Assembly: GCA_009778575.1 (NCBI GenBank)
Contig: WRJJ01000002.1
Coordinates: 1,821-65,820 of the forward strand
From: Methanomassiliicoccaceae archaeon
GTDB lineage: Archaea > Thermoplasmatota > Thermoplasmata > Methanomassiliicoccales > Methanomethylophilaceae
Length of the DNA: 64,000 bases
Direction: 5' to 3'
Part shown: piece after piece, positions 36,462 to 46,236 of the stretch
How positions within the stretch are numbered: the stretch's first letter is position 1
Layout of the letters: each line of letters opens with the position of its first letter
Made by a program: the position numbers and the translations under genes
The notes under the pieces: model-generated
What the model saw: the letters and a program-made list of their open reading frames with translations, nothing else
Database searches by the model: none
What the model was told of the DNA's origin: nothing

Positions 36462-37184
36462 ATGCGGTCGTACGAGATCCTTCCCGGTGTAAAGGTAACC
36501 AATGACAGGTGCCTTATACTGGACGACGGGCCGACCGCCGTTCTGGGAGATCTGCATCTGGGTTATGAGAGCGCCCTCGAAGAAGAAGGGATGTACATAC
36601 CGAGGATGAACACGGAATCGATAAGGGATGCGATCAACGGCGTCCTCTCGGAATACGAACCTGAAAGAGTGGTCCTTCTGGGGGATATCAAGCATGACTT
36701 CAAAAGGTCCAAGCGCGAAGCGAGGGCGGAGGTCACAAAAATAATAGAACTGCTTTTAGAGGCCTCAGACGTGATCGTTGTGAAAGGGAACCACGACAAT
36801 TTCCTGCAGAACATACTCTCCGACATAGGTTTGATGGCAGTGGACTATGTTGACCTGGGAGGGTTCAGGATGGAGCACGGGCACGTGGACTCAAAGGTCA
36901 GACCGGTCATCATCGGCCATGAGCACCCGTCGGTCAGAATACCGGGAGCGATGAGCGGGGGCATGAAGATACATTGTTTCGTCCACCAGAAGAAGGACGG
37001 CGTGATAGTCCTGCCTCCTTTCAGCCCGTTCTCCGCAGGCAACGACCTCATGCTGGACGGGAAATGCATCATGGCGCCGGCGCTGGGCGGTTCAGATTAT
37101 CCCGATGCGGACATCTACGGGGTGTCGGAGGTCGGAATCATGAAACTGGGGAAGCTGAGAGACGTGATGGACATCAGTATCTGA
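36462..37184 (+). CDS. calcineurin-like metallophosphoesterase
   Basis: 240 aa with the metallophosphoesterase motif series GDLHLG, LLGDIKHD, KGNHD and GHEHP. Confidence 0.82.
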   Translation: MRSYEILPGVKVTNDRCLILDDGPTAVLGDLHLGYESALEEEGMYIPRMNTESIRDAINGVLSEYEPERVVLLGDIKHDFKRSKREARAEVTKIIELLLEASDVIVVKGNHDNFLQNILSDIGLMAVDYVDLGGFRMEHGHVDSKVRPVIIGHEHPSVRIPGAMSGGMKIHCFVHQKKDGVIVLPPFSPFSAGNDLMLDGKCIMAPALGGSDYPDADIYGVSEVGIMKLGKLRDVMDISI

Positions 37185-37275
37185 TGTTTTCTTCCGCCGA
37201 TAAAAGGGCAAAATGATGCGACCCGACCCAATTAAATAAGAGTACTCTGTTAAGGTTTTTCAGGAGATAATTCAA

Positions 37276-38316
37276 ATGTCAATGACTCCAAGAGAAAGAA
37301 TAATCTCAGCAATGAAATTAGAAGAGCTCGACAGGCCGCCGGTGGCTATTTTCACCCAAGCCGCAACGATCTCTCAGATGGACAAGATCGGCGCCGCCTG
37401 GCCCGAGGCACACAAAAGCGCAGAACTTATGGCAAAACTCGGTGTTGGACAGGCAGACATTTTTGGATTCGAGTGCGTAAGGGCACCGTTCTGCCTCACG
37501 GCAGAAGCGGAGAGGCTCGGATGCAAAGTGCAGGTGGACAAGAAGGACGCCGCACCGATGATAAAAGAACACCCGTTCCACTTCGACCCTATGATGGGAG
37601 AGTACGACGACCCCGCAAAACTTCTCGCACCTGAGGAGTTCATAAAGAGCGGAAGGCCCGCAGAGGCCATCAAAGCAATGGCTCTTATGAAGAAATCCCA
37701 CGGGGAGAACTATGCATTGGTCGCAGGCAACACAGGTCCCTTCACGCTCGCCGGACACATGGTCAGCACAGAGAACCTGGTCTTCGGCATGATGATGGCC
37801 CCGGAAGAGGTCTCAAAGTGGACCGCAGCCATCAACCCCGTTGTGAAAGCATACACACAGGCCCTCTCCGATGCAGGCGCAGACGTCATCCAGATGTCCG
37901 AGCCCTCTGCATCCACTGACATGCTCGCACCCGACATGTTCGAGGGAGCATCCGGAATGTACATCAAGGACAGCCTCGCATGCGTAAAGGATGCGTTCTC
38001 AGTCCTCCACATCTGCGGAGACACGTACCCCATACTTGACGGAATGATCGCTACCGGCGTCACCGGACTCTCCATTGAGGAGAAGGTCAACCCCGCCAAA
38101 GCGACCGAGAAGGTCAAAAAGAGGGCGGCGCTCGTAGGTAACGTAGGATCTGTCAGGCCTCTCTTCCAGGGAACGGCCGATGAGGTCAAGGCGGCGGCAC
38201 TGGAGTGCGCAAAGGCAGGATTCAGTGTGATATCCTCCGGTTGCGGCATAGCGACGGCGACCCCCGATGCGAACATGAAAGCTCTCGTCGATACGGTAAA
38301 AGCATTCAAGCGCTGA
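37276..38316 (+). CDS. uroporphyrinogen-decarboxylase-family methylcobamide:CoM methyltransferase (MtaA/MtbA-like MT2)
   Basis: 346 aa with the zinc ligands HICGD ... SSGCG and the N-terminal RERIISAMKLEELDRPPV typical of MT2 enzymes. Confidence 0.82.
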   Translation: MSMTPRERIISAMKLEELDRPPVAIFTQAATISQMDKIGAAWPEAHKSAELMAKLGVGQADIFGFECVRAPFCLTAEAERLGCKVQVDKKDAAPMIKEHPFHFDPMMGEYDDPAKLLAPEEFIKSGRPAEAIKAMALMKKSHGENYALVAGNTGPFTLAGHMVSTENLVFGMMMAPEEVSKWTAAINPVVKAYTQALSDAGADVIQMSEPSASTDMLAPDMFEGASGMYIKDSLACVKDAFSVLHICGDTYPILDGMIATGVTGLSIEEKVNPAKATEKVKKRAALVGNVGSVRPLFQGTADEVKAAALECAKAGFSVISSGCGIATATPDANMKALVDTVKAFKR

Positions 38317-38413
38317 TCTGAGATCAAAACCTTTCACAAAACCCCTTACCTTATTTACTATTCTGAGTGTTTCTCCGCAATGTTTATTTCCTCTATTTGC
38401 CGATTTCCCGGTA

Positions 38414-39124
38414 ATGTCTGACATTCTAAAGAAGAACGCCGAATATGCCGAGAAGATGAGATCGATACTTAAGCTCAGGGCAGAGCCCGTAGCGGTGAAG
38501 CTCATCAAAGAGGGTGAAAGTTATCCGGAAGGCCCGACCCTCCCCGGATCTCAGCTGAGCCACTGCCAGGCCGTTTTCCGCGCGAGGAAAGGAGAATGTT
38601 TCAGGATACCGCTGGAGATGACCAACTGCCACGTAGGGGCGGCGGTCCTGGGAATGACCGAGACCCCCGCGAAAGTGGCGTCCGGTGAATTCCATGCGGG
38701 CGTAGGCATACACGATTCGGTGGAAGCCGCGAAAAAGATGATCGACAGCAGGATATTGATCCCGTACAGAACGCAGGGGGAGGTCGTGTGCCCCCTGAAG
38801 GATGCGGACTTCGTCCCTGACGTGGTCATAATCATCGACATTCCCGAAAGGCTGTATTGGGTGATCTCCCTCATGACATCTGAGGAAGGGGGCCGCGCCG
38901 AGTTCAGCACAGCGCCTTTCCAATGCGCCTGCGAGGACATCGCCGCTGTCCCGATAATGACGGGAAGGCCCAACATATCTCTGGGGTGTTTCGGGTGCAG
39001 GAAAAAGACCGATATGGCGGCCGACGAGCTGACGTGCGGCATACCATACGGACTGATCCCGGGGTACGCCGCAAAGTTGGAGAGATACTCGAAAGATCCC
39101 ATCGCAAAGGCAAAAAGAGATTGA
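38414..39124 (+). CDS. DUF169-family protein
   Basis: 236 aa with LKLRAEPVAVKL...SHCQAV...CHVG...CFGCR, the pattern of COG2043/DUF169 proteins. Confidence 0.7.
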   Translation: MSDILKKNAEYAEKMRSILKLRAEPVAVKLIKEGESYPEGPTLPGSQLSHCQAVFRARKGECFRIPLEMTNCHVGAAVLGMTETPAKVASGEFHAGVGIHDSVEAAKKMIDSRILIPYRTQGEVVCPLKDADFVPDVVIIIDIPERLYWVISLMTSEEGGRAEFSTAPFQCACEDIAAVPIMTGRPNISLGCFGCRKKTDMAADELTCGIPYGLIPGYAAKLERYSKDPIAKAKRD

Positions 39125-39356
39125 AGCAAACCCGTGTTATCTTTTCCTTTATTGTTGTTACCAAGGACGCTTTAGACCGGGTCATGGCGCTACTATAAGT
39201 AACATATAAATAGGGATGGAGGAACGAAAGCATACTTTTCGGGGGGTTCTTATGTCGGCAGAAATTAGGTAAAAATTAAAACTTTTTTCATAAACTGAGC
39301 TTTTTCACATGGTTTTAAATCAGAGAACCACATTACTTGTTTTTGCAAGGGGTTAT

Positions 39357-39400
39357 GCGAAAAAGTAACATTTTTCGCGAATTATTTGAACAAGGAGGTA
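39357..39400 (+). promoter_or_regulatory. mcr leader: 8-bp stem hairpin (GCGAAAAA-GTAACA-TTTTTCGC) followed by the RBS AAGGAGGT
   Basis: The perfect inverted repeat spans 39357-39378. The Shine-Dalgarno sequence at 39393-39400 lies 4 nt before the mcrB ATG. Confidence 0.55.
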
Positions 39401-39404
39401 TAAA

Positions 39405-40733
39405 ATGCCAAAATACAAGGACGTAATTGACCTGTATGACGACAACGGCAAACGCATCGCAAAAGATGTACCGTTGGAAGCCATCAGTCCATTGCGCAAC
39501 AACGCGATCAAGAGGATCGTGTCTCTGACCAAGAGAACCGTTGCGGTCAACCTTGCCGGTATCGAGAAATCGTTGAAGACCGGACATGTCGCTGACGCAC
39601 TGATCAAAGGAAAAGAGATCGATATTGAAGTGGTCAAGAATGCGAAGAAGATTGCTGCATCCGTCAAGGAGAAGGTCCAGGTAACATCCGACGATGAGAC
39701 GTCCGTCGCCATAAAAGCGGACGGAAAGAGCCTTGTCGTCATAGTACCCGAGGGAAGGATGAACGCCGGCGTAGAGTACACGACTGGATTCACAGCCGTT
39801 GCGTCAGCGGTCACTGAGACGATCATTGACGAGTTCAAGGTCCCGATGCACAAGGCCAACATGGTCAAGGCCGCAGTCTGGGGTAAATACCCTCAGACCG
39901 TCAGCTTCGACGGGGCTAACGTGAAATCGATCCTCGAGATCCCCCAGAACAATGAGGGAGCAGGATACGCGATCAGGAACATCATGGCGAACCACATAGT
40001 CGCGCTCGTAGGAAAGAACGCGATGCAGGGAACAGCACTCTCCTCGATATTCGAGCAGTGCGGTGCCTTCGAGATGGGAGACGCAATAGGTAACTTCGAG
40101 AGAAGCCACCTCCTCGGCCTCGCCTATCAGGGACTCAACGCAAACAACATACTTTACACACTTGTCAAGAAGAACGGAAAGACCGGAACCGTGGGATCCG
40201 TCGTCGAGTCGCTTGTCGCAAGGGCAATAGACGATGGCGTCATATACGTCAAAGAGACGCTCCCCTCGGGATACAAGGTCTATACCACAAAGGACCTTCC
40301 GCTCTGGAACGCATATGCGGCCGTCGGTCAGGTAGCGGCAGTCATGGTGAACATCGGTGCAGCGAGAGCGGCACAGGGAGTTCCCGGAACCGTCCTGTAC
40401 TACAACGATCTCCTTGAACACGAGACCGGACTGCCCGGAACCGACTACGGAAGATCCGCCGGTGTCGGTGTAGGAATGTCATTCTTCTCACACTCCATCT
40501 ACGGAGGAGGAGGACCTGGTCTGTTCCACGGAAACCACGTCGTTACAAAGCACTCAAAGGGAGTTCTGATCCCCGCAGTCACCGCAGCCAACTGTCTTGA
40601 CGGCGGAACGCAGACGTTCTCTCCTGAAGCAACATCCGGACTCATCAAAGAAGTGTTCGGAGACATGGCCGAATTCCGCTCACCCATGCAGATAGTGGGA
40701 GCCGAGGCGAAGAAGATCGCAAAGAAGATCTGA
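39405..40733 (+). CDS. mcrB: methyl-coenzyme M reductase subunit beta
   Basis: 442 aa starting [16 protein letters not shown], with the SIYGGGGPG block. It is the first gene of the mcr operon. Confidence 0.95.
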   Translation: MPKYKDVIDLYDDNGKRIAKDVPLEAISPLRNNAIKRIVSLTKRTVAVNLAGIEKSLKTGHVADALIKGKEIDIEVVKNAKKIAASVKEKVQVTSDDETSVAIKADGKSLVVIVPEGRMNAGVEYTTGFTAVASAVTETIIDEFKVPMHKANMVKAAVWGKYPQTVSFDGANVKSILEIPQNNEGAGYAIRNIMANHIVALVGKNAMQGTALSSIFEQCGAFEMGDAIGNFERSHLLGLAYQGLNANNILYTLVKKNGKTGTVGSVVESLVARAIDDGVIYVKETLPSGYKVYTTKDLPLWNAYAAVGQVAAVMVNIGAARAAQGVPGTVLYYNDLLEHETGLPGTDYGRSAGVGVGMSFFSHSIYGGGGPGLFHGNHVVTKHSKGVLIPAVTAANCLDGGTQTFSPEATSGLIKEVFGDMAEFRSPMQIVGAEAKKIAKKI

Positions 40734-40740
40734 GGTCGGT

Positions 40741-41163
40741 ATGTTGAGTGAACCAACTGTAGAATACGCTGGAATACCCCTCCCCGAAGTGGAAATATTC
40801 TCCAATGCGCTGCTTGGTGCAGAGACAACGGAGAAAGTGCTGAATGCGCTCGATCCTATCGAGCACATAAGACAGATAAACATGACGGGAGAGAGCATCT
40901 CAAAGAATCTGAACAGCGGACCCGGAAAAGGGCTCCCTAACAACCACTCCGAGCGCAAGGTAATAAAGGTCGGCGGAAGGGATGTCGAACTGAAATATCA
41001 GGTCGGGGCATTCTACATCGAACTCGATGTGGAGAACCAAGAGATGCTGGACGAGGCGGTAGAGAAGATAAAGGCCGCCTGCGAGGCGAATATGCCGCGC
41101 GGGTTCAGTCTATCAGTCGGAAGATACTCAAAATACAGAAAGACACTCAGAGATTACAGATAA
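40741..41163 (+). CDS. mcrD: methyl-coenzyme M reductase operon protein D
   Basis: 140 aa, in the position between mcrB and mcrG. The [19 protein letters not shown]-type N-terminus is as in McrD. Confidence 0.85.
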   Translation: MLSEPTVEYAGIPLPEVEIFSNALLGAETTEKVLNALDPIEHIRQINMTGESISKNLNSGPGKGLPNNHSERKVIKVGGRDVELKYQVGAFYIELDVENQEMLDEAVEKIKAACEANMPRGFSLSVGRYSKYRKTLRDYR

Positions 41164-41174
41164 AGGTGAAAAAT

Positions 41175-41951
41175 ATGGCAGCATATAAAAGACAGTTCTA
41201 CCCCGGAGCATCATCCCCTGCAAAGAACAGAAGGAAAGTGATGGACCCTAAGGTAAAATTGAAGAAACTTCGCGATGTCTCCATGGATGACGTAGTCAGG
41301 CTCATGGGACACCGCAACCCCGGAGAGGACTACAAATCCATCCACCCCCCGATTGAGGAGGGCAAGGAGCCCGCGTGTCCTATCAGGAAGCTCGTAGAGC
41401 CGATCGAGGGTGCAAAGAAAGGAGACAGGATCAGGTACATCCAGTTCACTGACTCCGTCTACTTCGCGCCCATATCCCCCTACCAGAGGGCATGGATGTA
41501 CCTTTCAAGGTACAGAGGAATCGACACCGGAACACTGTCCGGAAGGCAGATCATCGAAGTAAGGGAGAGGGACCTTGAGAAACTCGCCAAAGAGATGATC
41601 GACAACGAGACCTTCGACCCCGCCCTGACCGGTATCAGAGGAGCCACTGTCCACGGACACGCATGCCGTCTCGACGAGAACGGCCTGATGTTCGACGCAT
41701 GGCAGAGGTACCTGTGGGACAAGGACAAGAAAGAAGTTATGTACGTCAAAGACCAGGTCGCCATTCCTCTCGACAGGAAGATCTATGTCGGAAAGCCGGC
41801 ATCGATGAGCGACCTCAAGAAGAGGACAACCATCTTCAGAGCGGACGGAGTAGACATGAGGGATGACAAAGAGGTCACCGCATACGGACTCAGGATCCAC
41901 AAGCTCAGGACACTTGGCGGCTACCAGCCCTTCAACGTAAAGGATGTGTGA
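41175..41951 (+). CDS. mcrG: methyl-coenzyme M reductase subunit gamma
   Basis: It starts [11 protein letters not shown]. The ATG at 41175 is preceded by AGGTGA, whereas the ORF-track start at 41166 is a GTG. Confidence 0.95.
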   Translation: MAAYKRQFYPGASSPAKNRRKVMDPKVKLKKLRDVSMDDVVRLMGHRNPGEDYKSIHPPIEEGKEPACPIRKLVEPIEGAKKGDRIRYIQFTDSVYFAPISPYQRAWMYLSRYRGIDTGTLSGRQIIEVRERDLEKLAKEMIDNETFDPALTGIRGATVHGHACRLDENGLMFDAWQRYLWDKDKKEVMYVKDQVAIPLDRKIYVGKPASMSDLKKRTTIFRADGVDMRDDKEVTAYGLRIHKLRTLGGYQPFNVKDV

Positions 41952-41956
41952 TTAAC

Positions 41957-43621
41957 ATGGCAGGCAAACAGAAAGAAAAGCTTTTCATGGAAGCAGTCAA
42001 GAAGAAGTTCAAAGAGGACCCCACTGACATGGAGACGAAATACTACGTCTACGGCGGATGGAAACAGTCCAAGAGCAAAGTTGAATTCCAGAAGTCGGCT
42101 CAGGCGATCGCCAAGAAGCGCGGCTTCCCGATGATGAACGAGGATATCGGAGTGCCGCTCGGACAGAGGGCATGGATGCCTTACCAGATGTCGCACACCG
42201 ACATCTACGTAGAGGCAGACGACCTCCACTGCGTCAACAACACCGCTATCCAGCAGGCATGGGACGACATCAGGAAGACGGTCCTTGTAGGACTCGACTC
42301 TCCCCACAGCACGATCGAGAAGAGGCTCGGAAAGGAAGTTACCCCCGAGACCATCAACAGCTATCTCGAAGTGGTCAACCACACAATGCCCGGCGGAGCG
42401 GTCGTTCAGGAGCACATGGCAGAGGTCAACCCCGCACTGGTGTGGGACTCCTACGTCAAAGTGTTCTCCGGAGACGATGACCTCATCGACGAGATCGACA
42501 GCAGGTTCGTCATCGACATCAACAAGCTCTTCCCCAAGGCCCAGGCCGAGCAGCTGAAGAAAGCGATCGGAAAGACCCTGATGCAGGCTGTGCGCGTTCC
42601 GACCATAGTCGGAAGGCTCATGGACGGCGCAACCGTCTCAAGGCACGCAGCGATGCAGATCTCGATGGCATTCATCTCCGCCTACAAACTCGCGGCAGGA
42701 GAGGCAGCCATCGCAGACTTCGCATACTCCGCGAAGCACCAGTCCATCAACATGGGTACAATGATGCCCGCAAGGCGTGCAAGGGGACCCAACGAACCCG
42801 GAGGAATACCCTTCGGATTCTTTGCAGACATGATACAGTCTGACCGTGTCTACCCGGACGACCCCGGAAGAGCAGTTCTTGAGACCGTAGGTCTCGGAGC
42901 GGCGATCTTCGACCAGGTCTACCTCGGCGGATACATGTCCGGCGGTGTCGGATTCACGCAGTACGCAACGGCGACATACACCGACAACATCCTTGAGGAC
43001 TTCGTCTATCACTCGATAGATGTCATAAAGGACAAGTACGGCGGATTCTGCAAACTCGACCCCACGAAGTACGACGAGCTCACGAAACTCGGCGACGACA
43101 TCAACGCGTATGCTCTGGAGATGTATGAGAGATACCCGTCCATCATGGAGACCCACTTCGGCGGATCCCAGAGGGCGACGGTCGCAGCGGCAACAACCGG
43201 TGTCGCAGGATCAATGGCGACCGGTGTAGCGGACTGCGGTCTGAACATGTGGTACCTTTCGATGCTCCAGCACAAAGAGAGGACAGGAAGACTCGGATTC
43301 TACGGATACGACCTGCAGGACCAGTGCGGTTCCTCCAACTCGTTCTCGTACAGGTCCGACGAGGGTCTGCCCGCTGAGCTCAGGGGTCCCAACTACCCCA
43401 ACTACGCAATGAACGTCGGACACCTTTCCGGATACTCCGGTATCGCAAAGGCATCCCACGTCGCTCGCGGAGACGCGTTCACCGCCAACCCCTTCATCCG
43501 TGTCGCTTTCGCCGACCCCAGCTTGGTCTTCGACTTCGCCAACGTCACGAAAGAGATCGGAAGAGGAGGACTCAGGGAGTTCGTCCCCGCCGGCGAGAGA
43601 ACCGCGGTCATCAAAGGCTGA
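41957..43621 (+). CDS. mcrA: methyl-coenzyme M reductase subunit alpha
   Basis: About 554 aa with [11 protein letters not shown] and [12 protein letters not shown] (the region carrying thioglycine and S-methyl-Cys in characterised MCRs). The ATG at 41957 is preferred, because the ORF-track start at 41948 is a GTG overlapping the mcrG stop. Confidence 0.96.
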   Translation: MAGKQKEKLFMEAVKKKFKEDPTDMETKYYVYGGWKQSKSKVEFQKSAQAIAKKRGFPMMNEDIGVPLGQRAWMPYQMSHTDIYVEADDLHCVNNTAIQQAWDDIRKTVLVGLDSPHSTIEKRLGKEVTPETINSYLEVVNHTMPGGAVVQEHMAEVNPALVWDSYVKVFSGDDDLIDEIDSRFVIDINKLFPKAQAEQLKKAIGKTLMQAVRVPTIVGRLMDGATVSRHAAMQISMAFISAYKLAAGEAAIADFAYSAKHQSINMGTMMPARRARGPNEPGGIPFGFFADMIQSDRVYPDDPGRAVLETVGLGAAIFDQVYLGGYMSGGVGFTQYATATYTDNILEDFVYHSIDVIKDKYGGFCKLDPTKYDELTKLGDDINAYALEMYERYPSIMETHFGGSQRATVAAATTGVAGSMATGVADCGLNMWYLSMLQHKERTGRLGFYGYDLQDQCGSSNSFSYRSDEGLPAELRGPNYPNYAMNVGHLSGYSGIAKASHVARGDAFTANPFIRVAFADPSLVFDFANVTKEIGRGGLREFVPAGERTAVIKG

Positions 43622-43626
43622 ACACG

Positions 43627-43914
43627 ATGAATGCAGGGGACATACTCAAGTACACCCCGACATCAACGGTCGGAAAGGTAACGGATGTCAGAGAAAGGGA
43701 CGGAAGCGTCTGGATAAAACTGGATGTGACCGGACTGTACTACGACGCCCAATTCCTGAAGGCCGCAGATCCGTCGGAGTACAAGGAGGTCTCCTTCAAA
43801 GAGCGTGAGAGGTCCACCGCCGGACGCGACGGTGCCGAGGCTGCACTCGAAGAACTCCGCAAAACGGAGGACGAGGTGGACATACGGCGCTTTACCGCGA
43901 GCGGCGGCGGCTAA
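43627..43914 (+). CDS. small conserved protein co-transcribed with mcr (possibly DUF2098-like)
   Basis: 95 aa, starting 5 nt after the mcrA stop. It has a beta-rich N-terminal half and a charged tail. The operon terminator follows it rather than mcrA. Confidence 0.5.
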   Translation: MNAGDILKYTPTSTVGKVTDVRERDGSVWIKLDVTGLYYDAQFLKAADPSEYKEVSFKERERSTAGRDGAEAALEELRKTEDEVDIRRFTASGGG

Positions 43915-43931
43915 ACATTTTATCACAATCC

Positions 43932-43953
43932 AAGGGGGTCCGCCCCCTTTTTT
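43932..43953 (+). terminator. hairpin plus T-tract terminator of the mcr operon
   Basis: AAGGGGG-TCCG-CCCCCTT is followed by TTTTAATATTTATTTT. Confidence 0.7.
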
Positions 43954-44022
43954 AATATTTATTTTCGCAACGCTTATATCCGGCCTGCAAAAACCTAACG
44001 AATATCTTTCGGTCAAGGCTCA

Positions 44023-45231
44023 TCAGAGGTGCCACATGCCGTGAAGCCTGGCCCCTTCTCTCTCAGGGTCCATCGTCGATACTTCCAGCCCAGGCACGGT
44101 CATCCTTACCACAGGCACCCCCGTCTCGGGCCTGGTAAGGTCGGAAACGATGACCATATCGAACCCGGTGTTCACAAGTCTGTCCAATACAACCTCTATG
44201 TCATCAAGGACGAACGGCGTGGAGAGGTCCTTCATATCTCTGAGCATGGTCTTCTCCCTGAGTTCGGAATACCACATGCGGTTCGCTTCTTTGACCTTCT
44301 CATATCCCATTTCGTTAGCGATCTTCAGCAGCCGGGCGTTCCCTTTCACGCCGTGTTTGTGGGTTGTTCTGCTCTGGGCGACCTCCGTGATGGCCCTTAC
44401 GCAGGCTATCTCCGGGTTCAGATGCGTTCCGACGCCTATCGTAAGAAGCTCCGGGTCCTTTGAGACGGTATCGTCCGCCGCCGCACCGATCGTGGGGATC
44501 CCGATATCGTGGGTGAGATCCTTAAGATGTATCTCGACGCCTTTCTCCTCAAGCATCCTCAGGAGCTTTCCCGGAAGGGAGTCATCTTCCACAATGACAT
44601 CGGCGGACGCCCTTTCCCTGACCTCCGCCATTGACCAGGCGTCTCTCTCGATCAGCTCAAGAAGCGCATGGAGGATCGCTTCCTCCATGGTATTCCCGGC
44701 GGCGATGCCGTTCGTGTGGTATCTGAAAAGCTGGAGGTCCCCCTCGGGGAAATAAGGGTGGAAAACGGCGCATGCCGGAACCCATATGGGTAAGCCTCTG
44801 AGCATCTCGTACCCGCTGACCCAGGCTATCTCCGCAGAGTCATAATGATCCAGAGTTCTCATAGGCAGGATCATGTCTTTCGGGTCTATCGTTAGGCCTA
44901 CGTCCATGGCCTGCCGCATGGTCCCGTAAACGATCTCGTCCGTTTCCCTGATCTCCGCGCTGTATCTCTCGACGGCCTCCATCGCCGCCGACGCTTTTGC
45001 CTGCTCGGGAGTTGCGCCTTTGCCGTTGTAGTTCTTGACGGCACCCTCGGAGGCTCCGGGGCGGTCGACCGCAAAGACGGGGATGCCGATGTTGTCGAGA
45101 GAGGTTATGTCCAAAGGGTCGCATATCCCGATGCGCGGCAATATCGGCAGAACTCTTTCCAGCGTCTTCTCGGGCGGAACAGTACGTATTCCGGTATCCG
45201 GCGAATATTTGGGACATCTGTTAAGCATCAT
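44023..45231 (-). CDS. ycaO: YcaO-family protein (methanogenesis marker protein 1; McrA thioglycine-forming enzyme family)
   Basis: 402 aa with GKGATPEQAKASAAMEAVERYS and the later E-rich ATP/Mg site (LLELIERDAW), typical of YcaO. Confidence 0.88.
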   Translation of the reverse strand: MMLNRCPKYSPDTGIRTVPPEKTLERVLPILPRIGICDPLDITSLDNIGIPVFAVDRPGASEGAVKNYNGKGATPEQAKASAAMEAVERYSAEIRETDEIVYGTMRQAMDVGLTIDPKDMILPMRTLDHYDSAEIAWVSGYEMLRGLPIWVPACAVFHPYFPEGDLQLFRYHTNGIAAGNTMEEAILHALLELIERDAWSMAEVRERASADVIVEDDSLPGKLLRMLEEKGVEIHLKDLTHDIGIPTIGAAADDTVSKDPELLTIGVGTHLNPEIACVRAITEVAQSRTTHKHGVKGNARLLKIANEMGYEKVKEANRMWYSELREKTMLRDMKDLSTPFVLDDIEVVLDRLVNTGFDMVIVSDLTRPETGVPVVRMTVPGLEVSTMDPEREGARLHGMWHL

Positions 45232-45276
45232 GGGCGCGCCCTGATTGCCGTTATAAGATTTAAAATCCCGTTCAAA

Positions 45277-45828
45277 TCAAAGATCGTTGAATCCCACAAG
45301 AACGCTTGCCAATCTGGGATCGTCCTTAAGCTGATAATATTCTCTCATGATCAGATCGCAGGTAGGCGCGGGGCTGCATGAAACAACATCTTTGCACCCG
45401 TTGCTCTCATTCAGCTCCGGGAACGATACGGGAGGCATTATGAATCTCTCGCCTCCCATGCCTCTCACACTGGGGAACATGACGAACGCATCGGAAAGCC
45501 ACACCACATCATCTCTTTCAAGATATTCTTTGGCTGTGAACGGGAATACTTCCAATCCCATTATCTCTCCCGCGTTCGAAATAAGCAGGACCGTGGGCTC
45601 AGGCGGGGGTCTGAAGCGCGGATCCTTGATTATCGCTATGACATGGTCTCTCGACAGGGCCTCGCTGAATCCTTCATTGAATACAGAGATATTTCCCATT
45701 GCGGTGACCTTTTCTTCCTCTTTTCTCATCCGGTCGAGGACCTCTTTGTCAAGGTAGAATGCGTTCTTAACGCCTCTCAGTGCCTTTATTATCTCCATAG
45801 GCTTGCTTACGGCTTCCCCGGTCATCAA
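45277..45828 (-). CDS. hypothetical protein upstream of ycaO
   Basis: 183 aa, co-oriented with ycaO and 45 nt upstream of it. It does not look like TfuA. Confidence 0.5.
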   Translation of the reverse strand: MMTGEAVSKPMEIIKALRGVKNAFYLDKEVLDRMRKEEEKVTAMGNISVFNEGFSEALSRDHVIAIIKDPRFRPPPEPTVLLISNAGEIMGLEVFPFTAKEYLERDDVVWLSDAFVMFPSVRGMGGERFIMPPVSFPELNESNGCKDVVSCSPAPTCDLIMREYYQLKDDPRLASVLVGFNDL

Positions 45829-45912
45829 TGCAAAATAGGAAAATGATTATAAACAATTAACGATGGGAAAAGTTGCGGCGGGTACGCCCGCCGCTGTGCG
45901 GATCTTTAAAGA

Positions 45913-46236
45913 TCATTCTATTTTGATCGTGACATCCCTTTTGAGACCAAGCCCGCCGGCGACCTCAATGGCCTTTACTATGCCGCACGGAACGGGGCAC
46001 GCGGTATGCGGTATGCAATCGCTTGCGATCGTATACACTTCGCTTTTGTTCATGGCCTCTTCCACTTCCGTGTAGGGGCATATCGATTTAAGGGTCCAGG
46101 ACATCTTCAGGATGTTCGCGCAATCGCTCTCGATGCTTATATCCACCATCCCCGTGTCCGGGTTCCCTCTTGCTACAATAACTGTCTTCATTTTACATAC
46201 GCCGGCGTCTACGGTAACCTTGCACTCGTCGCTCAT
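45913..46236 (-). CDS. small Cys-rich hypothetical protein
   Basis: 107 aa with 8 Cys, including CPVPC. Its start overlaps the stop of the upstream gene (ATGA). Confidence 0.5.
   Translation of the reverse strand: MSDECKVTVDAGVCKMKTVIVARGNPDTGMVDISIESDCANILKMSWTLKSICPYTEVEEAMNKSEVYTIASDCIPHTACPVPCGIVKAIEVAGGLGLKRDVTIKIE

Noticed and set aside
36264-36695. 143-aa minus-strand ORF, and 63-aa ORF at 36062-36253
   Set aside because: The first overlaps the well-supported metallophosphoesterase start on the opposite strand. Neither has an RBS or a recognisable motif, and both lie in a region better explained by RNA structure.
45277-45828. TfuA assignment for the 183-aa gene adjacent to ycaO
   Set aside because: It lies upstream rather than downstream of ycaO. 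Its sequence lacks the features I remember for TfuA (an N-terminal GPS-type start and an overall Gly/Asp-rich pattern).
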